64,000 nt of DNA. It comes from an uncultured Gammaproteobacteria bacterium. GTDB taxonomy: Bacteria; Patescibacteriota; Patescibacteriia; Magasanikbacterales; GWA2-37-8. A program made the translations under genes and the position numbers. This document shows, piece after piece, positions 49,852 through 58,603 of the stretch. Position 1 is the stretch's first letter. Every line of letters starts with the position of its first letter. The notes beneath the pieces were generated by a model, which made no database searches, had not been told where the DNA came from, and worked only from the letters and a program-made list of their open reading frames with translations. The stretch spans positions 219,396-283,395 of the forward strand of contig CAZINT010000001.1 of assembly GCA_964540825.1 (NCBI GenBank). Direction: 5' to 3'.

Positions 49852-50760
49852 GTGTCCCTCTTCAAAATCACCAATCAAAAAACCAAGAAAATTCTTCCTG
49901 CTAAAGTTCTTAAAGAACAATACATACATTCTTTATTTGAAGCTAACCTTGAGGAATTACTCGGTATATACTTTTTGGCACACGAATATAGCACCTCGGC
50001 AGGCGGTAGAATCGATACGCTTGGAGTAGATAAAAACGGTTCACCGTGCGTGATTGAATATAAAAAAGGCCAAAACGACAATGTTATTAATCAAGGATTG
50101 TCGTATTTACGCTGGCTTTTGGATCACAAAGCCGATTTTGAAAGGCTGTGCCAAAACAAAAATTTTAAAGTGAGTATTGATTGGACTTCGCCTCGAGTTA
50201 TTTGTATCGCTGAAAACTATAATAAGTTTGATATCGATACCGTAGAAATATTGCCCATAAAAATTGAATTGTTAAAATACGGCTTGTATGATGGCGGGTT
50301 GTTGCAGTTGGAACACGAGAAACACGACAATATAAAAGTAAGTACAGGTGAAATATATAAAAATTCCAAGAAAGACAATAAGGTAGTGGGCGAAAAGCTT
50401 CAAAAAGAATATAGCGTTGATCATCATTTGCAAGGCAAAAAAGAAGAAATCAAAAAAATCTTTTTTGATATTAGGGAATGGGTCACTAACCTTGATAAGG
50501 ATATTGTTGAGGAACCGAAAAAGTTATATGTCGCCTATAAGTTAGCCACCAATTTTGTTGATGTCGAAATTCGGAGTAAAGATATAAAACTATTTTTGAA
50601 TATACCAAAGGGGAAATTAAATGATCCTCTGGGGTTGGCTCGAGATGTTTCGAGCGTTGGGCATTGGGGAAATGGCGATTATGAGGTAAAAATAACTACT
50701 AAGAGCGATTTAGAGCCTGTGTATGGCCTGGTGCGGCAGAGTTATGAATTTAATAAATAA
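49852..50760 (+). CDS. NucS/DUF91-like PD-(D/E)XK nuclease fused to DUF5655-like domain
   Basis: GRIDTLG..VIEYK..QGLSY; C-terminal RDVSSVGHWGNGDYEV. Confidence 0.75.
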   Translation: MSLFKITNQKTKKILPAKVLKEQYIHSLFEANLEELLGIYFLAHEYSTSAGGRIDTLGVDKNGSPCVIEYKKGQNDNVINQGLSYLRWLLDHKADFERLCQNKNFKVSIDWTSPRVICIAENYNKFDIDTVEILPIKIELLKYGLYDGGLLQLEHEKHDNIKVSTGEIYKNSKKDNKVVGEKLQKEYSVDHHLQGKKEEIKKIFFDIREWVTNLDKDIVEEPKKLYVAYKLATNFVDVEIRSKDIKLFLNIPKGKLNDPLGLARDVSSVGHWGNGDYEVKITTKSDLEPVYGLVRQSYEFNK

Positions 50761-50797
50761 GCATGCCTAGTAATAGGTGTTTTAGAAGTTCAAGTAT

Positions 50798-51364
50798 ATG
50801 AGTAGAGAATTCTCAGAAAGAAGACAAGAAGTAGTAACCTCGCAGCGTTTTGAAATAGTGCTTAGTTCCGAAAAGGATTGTGCAATGCTTGAAACGTGGT
50901 TAAGTACTCTTATTGGTACTGAAGCGGCAGAGCAATGTGTTTTTGCTATGCGCAGTACGGTGCAAAAGGACTTTACGAATCACTGCAAAGACGCAACGCA
51001 AGAATTGGGTAAGGCCTTGGCTGAGCGATTTGGCGGCGAAGAATCTTTTTTTGATGTAGTCCCGGGGGCATCTTTTAGCGATGTTAGGAGCTATGCTCCC
51101 TTAGACAAGACGAGGTATCGCGGAGATTATCATAGTGTTGGTCTTTTAGAATTAGTTTCACAGCACAAAGAGTCTTTTTGTCTTATAGTGGATCTTACCT
51201 TTTATACAGTTTCGCCTGATGTAAAAAAGAATGGAGTGTTAGTTGCTTCCACTCCAGGTGGGCACGGCGAGGCTCTGAAGATGCTTGAAAATGAGTATGG
51301 TGGTTCATGGAAAGTGGAATTTAAATTTAATCCTCAAAAAAATAATTTTGAATTTGAAGGGTAG
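50798..51364 (+). CDS. hypothetical protein
   Basis: 188-aa ORF followed by terminator. Confidence 0.55.
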   Translation: MSREFSERRQEVVTSQRFEIVLSSEKDCAMLETWLSTLIGTEAAEQCVFAMRSTVQKDFTNHCKDATQELGKALAERFGGEESFFDVVPGASFSDVRSYAPLDKTRYRGDYHSVGLLELVSQHKESFCLIVDLTFYTVSPDVKKNGVLVASTPGGHGEALKMLENEYGGSWKVEFKFNPQKNNFEFEG

Positions 51365-51379
51365 GGAATATTTTGGATG

Positions 51380-51414
51380 AATAAAAAAGACAAACTCTAA
51401 GTTTGCCTTTTTTA
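51380..51414. terminator. bidirectional terminator
   Basis: ATAAAAAAGACAAAC-tctaa-GTTTGCCTTTTTTAT. Confidence 0.6.
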
Positions 51415-51525
51415 TATAGATGAATTATTGAAGGGGCAATTACTTATCGCCTCAATAGTACCCCCGAAATGGTTTTGATTAACGTTGTCAGAATGTCGGG
51501 GTTGCATTCTGAGGTGGCTGTGCGC

Positions 51526-52872
51526 TCAGCGCCGGGTCAGGATGACGCGGAGGTTCTTGGGGGAAAGGCCGGTCGAGGCGTGCATACGAACACTCGCGGG
51601 GTCGATTACGCGGATGTTGAAGAGCGCGAGGGCCAGGCCGATGATGTAGCTTCCTTCAAGAAGGGCGAGCCGTTCGCCGAGGCAGTTCTGGGTGTCGTGC
51701 CAGAAGGGGTAGTAGTTCCACTTGGCCGGTTCGCCGCTATCAAACCGCTCCGGGGCGAATTGCTCGGGCCTATTCCAGTAGCGCGGGTCGCGGTGGGAGA
51801 GGAAGCTCGAGAAGAGCACGTTCGTCTTGGGCGGCAGGAGGTACGGGCCGAGCTCGGTCCAGTCCGCCGTGCTCCGCATGTTGAGCCAATTGGGCGGATA
51901 GAGGCGGAGCGACTCTTTGAGGACGAGCTTGAGGTCGCGGAAGCGGCTATCCTTGGCGAGGTTGGCCGAAGCGCCGCTCGTCAGGAGGTAGTTGCCGCAC
52001 TCCCGCGTGCGTGCCAGCCACTCAGCGTTGCCACTGAGCAACCAGAACGTTGAGGCGGCCATGCTGGCGGTGGTGACGTGGCCAGCGAAGACCGTGCTGA
52101 GCGCCAGGCTCTCGATGAGATTATCAGGCAGCTCCTGACCGTTTTGGCGGTCTTTGAGGAGGGCGCCGACGAGTCCGCTCGCGGATATGTCGCCGTGCTT
52201 GATGAGCGACTGAACGAGATCGTGGAGCCGCCGCTCTTCGTAGATGTATCGCCGGGACCGCTCGGTGAGCGGGAAGTTCCGGAGGAACAGGTGACTGAGG
52301 GGGTTCTGAAACCCGCGGGCCGACTCCTCAAACAGGAAGTTGAGTCCGTCGAGAAGATCCGCGTCGAGACCGCGCAGGCCCGAACTCCCGAACACGACGA
52401 CATCGAGGATGTCGAGCACGAGGAAGTTGCAGAGCTCCAAGAGGTCCACGGGCTTCCCGGTCGGCCACTTGTTGATCGTGGCGAGGATGCGTGTGTAGAT
52501 GTTGTCCATCATCGCCTTGAGGTTCGTACCGCCGAGCTGGGGGCCGAGTTTGCGGCGCTGGACAAGGTGGTTCGGTCCGTCGGTTGTGAAGATGGATTCA
52601 TTGCCGAGAATCGGCTTCATGATGCGGCGCACGAGGCTGGGGCGCACGAAGTTCTGGCTGGTCGAGATCTCGCTGAGGTCGTCGGGGCAGAGGGTGAGCA
52701 CCATCCGCATTGGCCAGTGAGCGAGGGTGACTCGCTCGCGAAGGACGGTGTTCCCGACCATGCCCGTGGCCCCGCGCAGATAGCGAAGCGGGTCGCGCTG
52801 CATTTCGCGCTGAAACGTGAGCAGCGGCACCAATCCGCCGTAGGCAGGTGGAAGGCGTTTTTTTCTCCCCAT
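51526..52872 (-). CDS. cytochrome P450 with atypical motifs, high GC (cassette 6)
   Basis: AGHVTT I-helix, ESLRLYPP (ExxR), FAPERF, YYPFWHDTQNCLG heme loop; SD AAGGAG at 52883-52888. Confidence 0.85.
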   Translation of the reverse strand: MGRKKRLPPAYGGLVPLLTFQREMQRDPLRYLRGATGMVGNTVLRERVTLAHWPMRMVLTLCPDDLSEISTSQNFVRPSLVRRIMKPILGNESIFTTDGPNHLVQRRKLGPQLGGTNLKAMMDNIYTRILATINKWPTGKPVDLLELCNFLVLDILDVVVFGSSGLRGLDADLLDGLNFLFEESARGFQNPLSHLFLRNFPLTERSRRYIYEERRLHDLVQSLIKHGDISASGLVGALLKDRQNGQELPDNLIESLALSTVFAGHVTTASMAASTFWLLSGNAEWLARTRECGNYLLTSGASANLAKDSRFRDLKLVLKESLRLYPPNWLNMRSTADWTELGPYLLPPKTNVLFSSFLSHRDPRYWNRPEQFAPERFDSGEPAKWNYYPFWHDTQNCLGERLALLEGSYIIGLALALFNIRVIDPASVRMHASTGLSPKNLRVILTRR

Positions 52873-52909
52873 GGGCTTGTTTCTCCTTGTCCGTATATAG
52901 CACTAACCG

Positions 52910-52938
52910 ACCATAGCATAAGGCGAATATGGCCGCAA
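52910..52938 (-). promoter_or_regulatory. putative promoter of cassette 6
   Basis: minus strand TTGCGG-17bp-TATGGT with TGC. Confidence 0.45.
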
Positions 52939-52983
52939 CTGCCCCAGTTGCCCTCCTAAAACTGCTGTGCTATAGTCAAAAAC

Positions 52984-54093
52984 ATGAAACTGATTGATTC
53001 ACCCGTATCGCACCGATTCCATACGACCACCCAAAATGCCTGGGAAGCTATGTACCAGGCCATGCTTAAGGCTGAAAAATCTATTTTTTGGGAAGTGTAT
53101 ATTTTAAATGGCGGAGGGCCGGGTAAGCGATTTATCGACGTCCTTTCTGAAAAGGCTGAGGCCGGTGTGGAAGTAAAAATTATTGTTGATGGGCTCGGCA
53201 GCGTTTCGCTTGGCGGTCAAGCCGAAGCAAAACTGAGGGCGTCCGGTGTTTCGATCGTATGGTACAACAGTCTGAGCTTTAAACCGAATCCGTGGCAGTG
53301 GATTCGTAATTTGTGGATCCGCAATCATCGGAAAATTTTAATCATTGATCAAAAAACGGCTTTTATTGGCGGGGTGAATGTCGATGAATCGGCAACGACG
53401 TGGGACGATTTATTTTTGGAGATGCAAGGGCCGGTAGTACATTCACTTGTTAGGGCATTTGCTAAAAGCTATATTCGATCGGGCGGCAGCAGGCAAAAAA
53501 TTCGCCATCTTTTGAAACACCATGTACGTCTTGACTTAAAACAATTACGGCAAAAAATAACCGTCTTAATTCATACTCCAAAATCACTGCGGGCAGTTTC
53601 ATCGCTGTGGTATTTTTATCGTTTTGCGATGAATAGGGCAAAAAAAACTGTTACCCTACTGACGCCGTATTATGTGCCGGATAGACGTTTTTTGCAGCTG
53701 ATTCGTGAAACACACAAGCGGGGTGTACGAGTAAATATTTTAATACCGGCACGCAGCGATCATCGGTTTATGGAGTATATAGCTGAATCATTTTATGAGC
53801 TGACGGCGGAAGCCGGTGCTAATTTGTATTTACTTGAGAGAATGAATCATGGCAAAGCAATGAGCGTTGACGGTAAGCTTGGTTTTGTGGGGAGCGCTAA
53901 TATTACGCCGCGCAGCTTTTCTTTGAATGAAGAGGCGGGGGTTTATTTTACTGATACGGCAATGGTGCGTGATTTAGAAAGTGTTTTAGAAAATTGGCGC
54001 CTGAAAGCAGAGCGGGTGGTGGCAGCAAAAAATCGCAAGTGGTATGATCGCTTGTTGCGTCCGGTAGTTGCTTGGTTTAAAAATTATGTCTAA
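52984..54093 (+). CDS. cardiolipin synthase-like phospholipase D
   Basis: two HKD motifs (HRKILIID, HGKAMSVD), TPYYVP. Confidence 0.85.
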   Translation: MKLIDSPVSHRFHTTTQNAWEAMYQAMLKAEKSIFWEVYILNGGGPGKRFIDVLSEKAEAGVEVKIIVDGLGSVSLGGQAEAKLRASGVSIVWYNSLSFKPNPWQWIRNLWIRNHRKILIIDQKTAFIGGVNVDESATTWDDLFLEMQGPVVHSLVRAFAKSYIRSGGSRQKIRHLLKHHVRLDLKQLRQKITVLIHTPKSLRAVSSLWYFYRFAMNRAKKTVTLLTPYYVPDRRFLQLIRETHKRGVRVNILIPARSDHRFMEYIAESFYELTAEAGANLYLLERMNHGKAMSVDGKLGFVGSANITPRSFSLNEEAGVYFTDTAMVRDLESVLENWRLKAERVVAAKNRKWYDRLLRPVVAWFKNYV

Positions 54094-54141
54094 AAAAGTA
54101 TTCTACCAATCATAACTGGACCCGCACCCTTAGCGGAACGC

Positions 54142-55338
54142 ATGCGGCCGCGGACGTTTAGTGAATTTGTAGGGCAGCAAAAAGTGGCAGGTCCAAAAAC
54201 AGTATTGCGACGCCTTATTGAGCAGCACGAATTGACGTCGCTTATTTTTTGGGGACCGCCGGGAGTGGGGAAGACAACGCTCGCGCAGCTAATCGCCGCT
54301 GAAAGTAAGGCTGTATTCGTGAGCGTGTCGGCGGTGATGAGCGGTAAAGACGAACTGCGTCGCTGTCTCGCGGATGCGGCGGAACGTCTGGAGAAAAATG
54401 GCGAACGGACTATTTTGTTTATTGACGAAATTCATCGTTGGAATAAAGCGCAGCAGGATGGGCTCTTGCCCGCAGTCGAGCGGGGAATTGTAACCCTCAT
54501 TGGCGCCACTACCGAAAATCCGTCGTTTGAAATTGTGGGCGCGCTTCTTTCGCGCTCGCGGGTTATTATTTTGGAACCACTGGCCAGTAGCGATATCGTG
54601 CATATTTTAGAAGAGGCGTTGAAAGATGCAGAGCGAGGACTGGGTAGTTTTGCAGTGGAAGCTTCAACCGAAACACTGGAAGTGTTGGCTGATCTCGCTA
54701 GTGGTGACGCGCGCACTGCACTCAATGCGCTTGAGATTGCTGTAAAAAGTAGTGCCAAAGGAGCTAATCAAAAAATTCAAGTAACGAATGAGATCATCAA
54801 AGAGGCCCTGCAGCGAACACATTTAATTTTTGATAAGCAAGGAGAAGAATTTTACAATGCCATTTCCGCGCTCCATAAATCGATGCGCGGATCTGATGCT
54901 GATGCCTCGCTGTATTGGCTGGCGCGCATGCTCGAAGGCGGGGCAGATCCGTTGTATATCGCCCGGCGCGTGCTTCGGTTCGCGAGTGAAGATATAGGCA
55001 TGGCTAACAGTGAAGCTATGATCCAGGCGAATGCTGCCTACGATGCCTGTCACAAGATTGGTTATCCGGAGTGCAGTGTGCATTTGGCGCAGGCCGTGGT
55101 GTACTGCGCAAAATCAGCCAAATCTAATCTGCTCTACAAAGCCTACGCCGCCGCAGCGGAAGATGCGCGCGCGACGTCACGCCTGGGTGTGCCGATTCAT
55201 TTGCGTAATGCACCGACGAAGTTCATGAAAAATATTGGCTACGGTAAAGACTATAAGTATAACCCGGATTATGAGGGGCCGGTAGAGCAGGAATATTTTC
55301 CGAGGGAATTAAAAGGAAGAAAGTACTTAAAAAAATAA
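54142..55338 (+). CDS. rarA: replication-associated recombination protein A
   Basis: MRP, GPPGVGKTT, DEIHR, GATTENP, SALHKSMRGS, HLRNAPT; true start probably upstream. Confidence 0.93.
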   Translation: MRPRTFSEFVGQQKVAGPKTVLRRLIEQHELTSLIFWGPPGVGKTTLAQLIAAESKAVFVSVSAVMSGKDELRRCLADAAERLEKNGERTILFIDEIHRWNKAQQDGLLPAVERGIVTLIGATTENPSFEIVGALLSRSRVIILEPLASSDIVHILEEALKDAERGLGSFAVEASTETLEVLADLASGDARTALNALEIAVKSSAKGANQKIQVTNEIIKEALQRTHLIFDKQGEEFYNAISALHKSMRGSDADASLYWLARMLEGGADPLYIARRVLRFASEDIGMANSEAMIQANAAYDACHKIGYPECSVHLAQAVVYCAKSAKSNLLYKAYAAAAEDARATSRLGVPIHLRNAPTKFMKNIGYGKDYKYNPDYEGPVEQEYFPRELKGRKYLKK

Positions 55339-55364
55339 TCCCGTGTTCGCGGGATTATTTTTTT
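55329..55364. terminator. intrinsic terminator
   Basis: AAAAAAATAATCCCG-tgttcg-CGGGATTATTTTTTT. Confidence 0.8.
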
Positions 55365-55402
55365 ATTTGCCATTGGTGTCGTTTTTCGAATTCCCCTGCT
55401 CG

Positions 55403-55443
55403 GTCATTCCCGCGCAGGCCTGTCAGGTAGGCAGGCGGGAATC
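55403..55443. repeat. REP-like palindrome with nested insert
   Basis: GTCATTCCCGCGCAGG[CCTGTCAGGTAGGCAGG]CGGGAATC. Confidence 0.6.
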
Positions 55444-55680
55444 GAGGGCTCCTGACACATAGCCTGCTTGTTACCTTTTTGACAGCAAAAAGGTAACCGA
55501 AAAACTGTCCGAGCTATTGTTCGCTTCCTCGTACTGCCACAGCTCGTTTTCACTGCGACACTAAAACTCGTTTCACTCAAACATTAGTGTCGCTGCAAAG
55601 CACCGTTCAAACTCGCTGGGCCAGTACGGGTCGCGCCCAAGTGCTCGGAGTAGTGAAGTGAGTAAGGTGTTTGGTTTTTA

Positions 55681-56106
55681 TTAAATTTTTATTTTTCGTT
55701 CGTCACCGCTCAGGTGTTCGAGGGTGATAGTAACAATTTTTTTATCTTTTAAAAGTCCGGCAATTTTTTCGGGCCATTCGATTATTGTTACGATGCCTGG
55801 CTCCCCAAGATAATCTTCAACGCCGATATCAAGGAGTTCCTGTTCGCTTTTGAGGCGGTAGGTGTCAATATGGACTAAGTTTTTAATAGTTGGATGATTT
55901 TTAACGTTGTAGATATTCATGAGCGTAAACGTCGGGCTGGTTATTTCATCAGCTATACCCAGTCCTTCGGCAATGCCTTTGACCAGGGTCGTTTTGCCCG
56001 CTCCCAGTTCACCTTGCAGACAATAAATCGCACCACTCGTAAGTGTGGAAGCGATATCGCGGCCCATAGTTCCTGTTTCTTCGTTTGAATGAGAAATTTT
56101 TTCCAT
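55681..56106 (-). CDS. tsaE: tRNA threonylcarbamoyladenosine biosynthesis ATPase
   Basis: GELGAGKTT, ITSPTF, HIDTYRL, IEWPE. Confidence 0.95.
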   Translation of the reverse strand: MEKISHSNEETGTMGRDIASTLTSGAIYCLQGELGAGKTTLVKGIAEGLGIADEITSPTFTLMNIYNVKNHPTIKNLVHIDTYRLKSEQELLDIGVEDYLGEPGIVTIIEWPEKIAGLLKDKKIVTITLEHLSGDERKIKI

Positions 56107-56154
56107 AGAATATAATTCCAAAAAAGTATAGCATTCTCGTTTTAAAAACGAAAG

Positions 56155-56178
56155 CCCCTAGGTCCGTAGACCTAGGGG
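56155..56178 (-). terminator. hairpin/terminator after cassette 7
   Basis: CCCCTAGGTC-cgta-GACCTAGGGG followed by T-rich tract on minus strand. Confidence 0.7.
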
Positions 56179-56199
56179 TTGTGGGGGGGGGTGCGGCCC

Positions 56200-56670
56200 C
56201 TAACGCAAGCCCGGCGCCTCGCACTGGAGGTAGCCGTCGTGCGGGACGACGACGAGCCCCCTTTGGCAGGATTGCCTGCACTCGTAGCTGCCGCCGACCA
56301 AGTCGACGACCCACGGGGGACGGCAGGCCTTGTCCGCGTTCGGGTCGGCGTACAGGCCGGATGGGATCGGCGGGGTCTGGTGGTTGTTCCGGCATTCCAT
56401 GGCGTTCATGGCGCCGGTTCCAGGGATTGGCAGCTCGATGTAGCCCGGCGGACAGCTCATGAGCGGCTGACCCTGCTCATCGGTCATGAGCTGGTAGGCC
56501 TGGGTCGCTGGGTGCGCCAGGTAGCGACCCGGCGCGGACACCCACTTGTACAGGGTCTGCCGCGGGTTGGGCGATGGCGGCCGGGTGAAATCGCTGCCGC
56601 TGCTGTACGTCTCCGCACAGCCGGCCATCATCATGGCGCACAAAAGAACGGTGTAAAGAGCGTATCGCAT
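56200..56670 (-). CDS. high-GC Cys/Pro-rich lipoprotein (cassette 7)
   Basis: lipobox MAGC; multiple Cys; purine-rich AAGGAAG upstream. Confidence 0.7.
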   Translation of the reverse strand: MRYALYTVLLCAMMMAGCAETYSSGSDFTRPPSPNPRQTLYKWVSAPGRYLAHPATQAYQLMTDEQGQPLMSCPPGYIELPIPGTGAMNAMECRNNHQTPPIPSGLYADPNADKACRPPWVVDLVGGSYECRQSCQRGLVVVPHDGYLQCEAPGLR

Positions 56671-56756
56671 AGGTTTCTTCCTTCCTTTTTTGCAGGTCTG
56701 TTGCTTCTTTTAGGTTTAGCTATAGTAAGCCTAAAAGAAGCAGCAAACCACCCATC

Positions 56757-56785
56757 AGCATAGCATATTTTTGCACTTTTGTCAA
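56757..56785 (-). promoter_or_regulatory. sigma70 promoter of cassette 7
   Basis: minus strand TTGACA-17bp-TATGCT; strong leader hairpin 56702-56742. Confidence 0.75.
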
Positions 56786-56867
56786 TGGTATTTTTGGGCT
56801 AAGCTGCTCGGTTTTAACCATTTTAACTATTTGCACTGTTATTGGGTTTTTAGTATACTAGCGGTCT

Positions 56868-57155
56868 ATGAGCCTTACACCTGAAGAAATTACCAAAGTA
56901 GCTACCCTCGCGCGTTTAAGCGTAACGCCTGAGGAAGCCGTTCGCTATGCTGAAACAATCTCGGCTGTTTTAGAGTACATGACCATTTTAAACGAAGTTG
57001 ATACCTCGGCTGTTGAGCCGACGTTTCAAGTAACCGGGCTTGCCGATGTGCTCCGAGATGATGTTGCTGCCGCGTCCCAAGTGGGAGAAAAATTGATCGA
57101 ACAATTTCCTCAAGCAGAAAAAAATTCTTTGGTTGTGCCGGCTGTTTTTGAATAA
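56868..57155 (+). CDS. gatC: Asp/Glu-tRNA amidotransferase subunit C
   Basis: VATLARL, LNEVDT..VEP, LRDD; adjacent to gatA. Confidence 0.9.
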   Translation: MSLTPEEITKVATLARLSVTPEEAVRYAETISAVLEYMTILNEVDTSAVEPTFQVTGLADVLRDDVAAASQVGEKLIEQFPQAEKNSLVVPAVFE

Positions 57156-57164
57156 GTATATTTT

Positions 57165-58595
57165 ATGAATCTTAATGAACTTAGCCTGGTTGAGTCTCGG
57201 GAAGGGTTACAAAATAAAAAGTTTACTTCTCTTGAATTAACAAAGGCGTGTCTTAATCGTATTGCCGAGCGCAATGATGAAATCAATGCATTTATTACTG
57301 TTTGCGAAGCCGAGGCACTTGAAGCTGCCAAACAGGCTGATGCAATGATTGCTCGAGGAGAAGGCGGGCCGCTGACTGGTATTCCGTTTGCTGTGAAGGA
57401 TGCTATTTGTACCGCTGGTGTTTGCTCTACCGGAGCGGGTAAAATCTTGGATAATTATATTCCGCCGTACGACGCAACGGTAATTAAAAAAATCCGCGAT
57501 GCAGGCGGAGTGCTTTTAGGTAAAAATAATTGTGATACGTTTGGCCACGGGGCAAGCAACGAAAACAGTATGTACGGAGCGGTAAAAAATCCGCATGACC
57601 TTACCAAAGTTGCGGGCGGTTCGTCGGGCGGCAGCGCGGCAGCAGTGGCTGATCATATGTGTATCTATAGTATTGCGGAAGACACGGGCGGCTCAATTCG
57701 TCAGCCGGCCAGTTTTTGTGGTGTGGTTGGCCTTCGGCCTAGTTACGGACGCAATTCGCGCTACGGCATTATGCCAATGGCGTCGTCCTTAGATACCGTC
57801 GGTCCAATTGCCAAAACCGTGGAAGACGCGGCCATTATTATGGAAGTAATTGCGGGAATGGATAGTAAAGACACCACCACGATACCGGACGCAGTACCAA
57901 AATATTCGGAAGAATTAGCGGTTGATTTAAAAAAAGTACGCATCGGATTACCGAAGGAATATTTTGAAATTGAAGGAATTGACCCGGAAGTAAAAGCGGC
58001 CACTGAAAAAAAGATTGCCTGGCTTAAAGAGCAAGGGGCTACGATTGTTGACGTAAGTTTGCCATACACCAAGTACGCTATTGCTGTCTATTATATTTTG
58101 GTGCCCAGCGAAGACAGTTCGAATTTGGCTCGCCTTGACGGTATTCGCTATGGCCTGCGCGCACCGGAGGCAACGCTCTATGACACCTATGCTGTTTCGC
58201 GCTCCCAAGGCTTCCCCGAAGAAGTAAAACGCCGTATTTTGATTGGCACGTACGCGCTTTCAGCAGGCTACTATGATGCGTATTATAAAAAAGCGCAGGC
58301 CGTTCGTACGCTGATTATTCAGGATTTTGAAAAAGTTTTTAAAGACGTCGATGTACTCCTTACCCCAACATCGCCATTCCCGGCGTTTGGCATTGGCGAA
58401 AAAGCAGCTGATCCGCTCGCACTCTATTTGGCGGATATTATGGTAAGCCCGGGAGCGATCGCTGGAATTCCTGGTGTATCTATTCCGGCAGGAAAAACAC
58501 AGGCAGGCTTGCCGATTGGTATTCAACTGATGGGCCCGCGTTTGCACGAGTCTCGCATTTTTGCGGTTGGTGCTGCTTTAGAAAAATCTAATTAA
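57165..58595 (+). CDS. gatA: Asp/Glu-tRNA amidotransferase subunit A
   Basis: GGSSGGS, DTGGSIRQPA, SSNLARLDG, EVKRRILIG. Confidence 0.95.
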   Translation: MNLNELSLVESREGLQNKKFTSLELTKACLNRIAERNDEINAFITVCEAEALEAAKQADAMIARGEGGPLTGIPFAVKDAICTAGVCSTGAGKILDNYIPPYDATVIKKIRDAGGVLLGKNNCDTFGHGASNENSMYGAVKNPHDLTKVAGGSSGGSAAAVADHMCIYSIAEDTGGSIRQPASFCGVVGLRPSYGRNSRYGIMPMASSLDTVGPIAKTVEDAAIIMEVIAGMDSKDTTTIPDAVPKYSEELAVDLKKVRIGLPKEYFEIEGIDPEVKAATEKKIAWLKEQGATIVDVSLPYTKYAIAVYYILVPSEDSSNLARLDGIRYGLRAPEATLYDTYAVSRSQGFPEEVKRRILIGTYALSAGYYDAYYKKAQAVRTLIIQDFEKVFKDVDVLLTPTSPFPAFGIGEKAADPLALYLADIMVSPGAIAGIPGVSIPAGKTQAGLPIGIQLMGPRLHESRIFAVGAALEKSN

Positions 58596-58603
58596 TATTT
58601 TGT

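Noticed and set aside
45075-51500. tRNA-anchored integrative element with att repeats
   Set aside because: No copy of the tRNA-Glu 3' end and no integrase found by eye.
51469-52959. plus-strand ORFs of 194 and 293 aa
   Set aside because: Antisense to the P450, which has clear family motifs.
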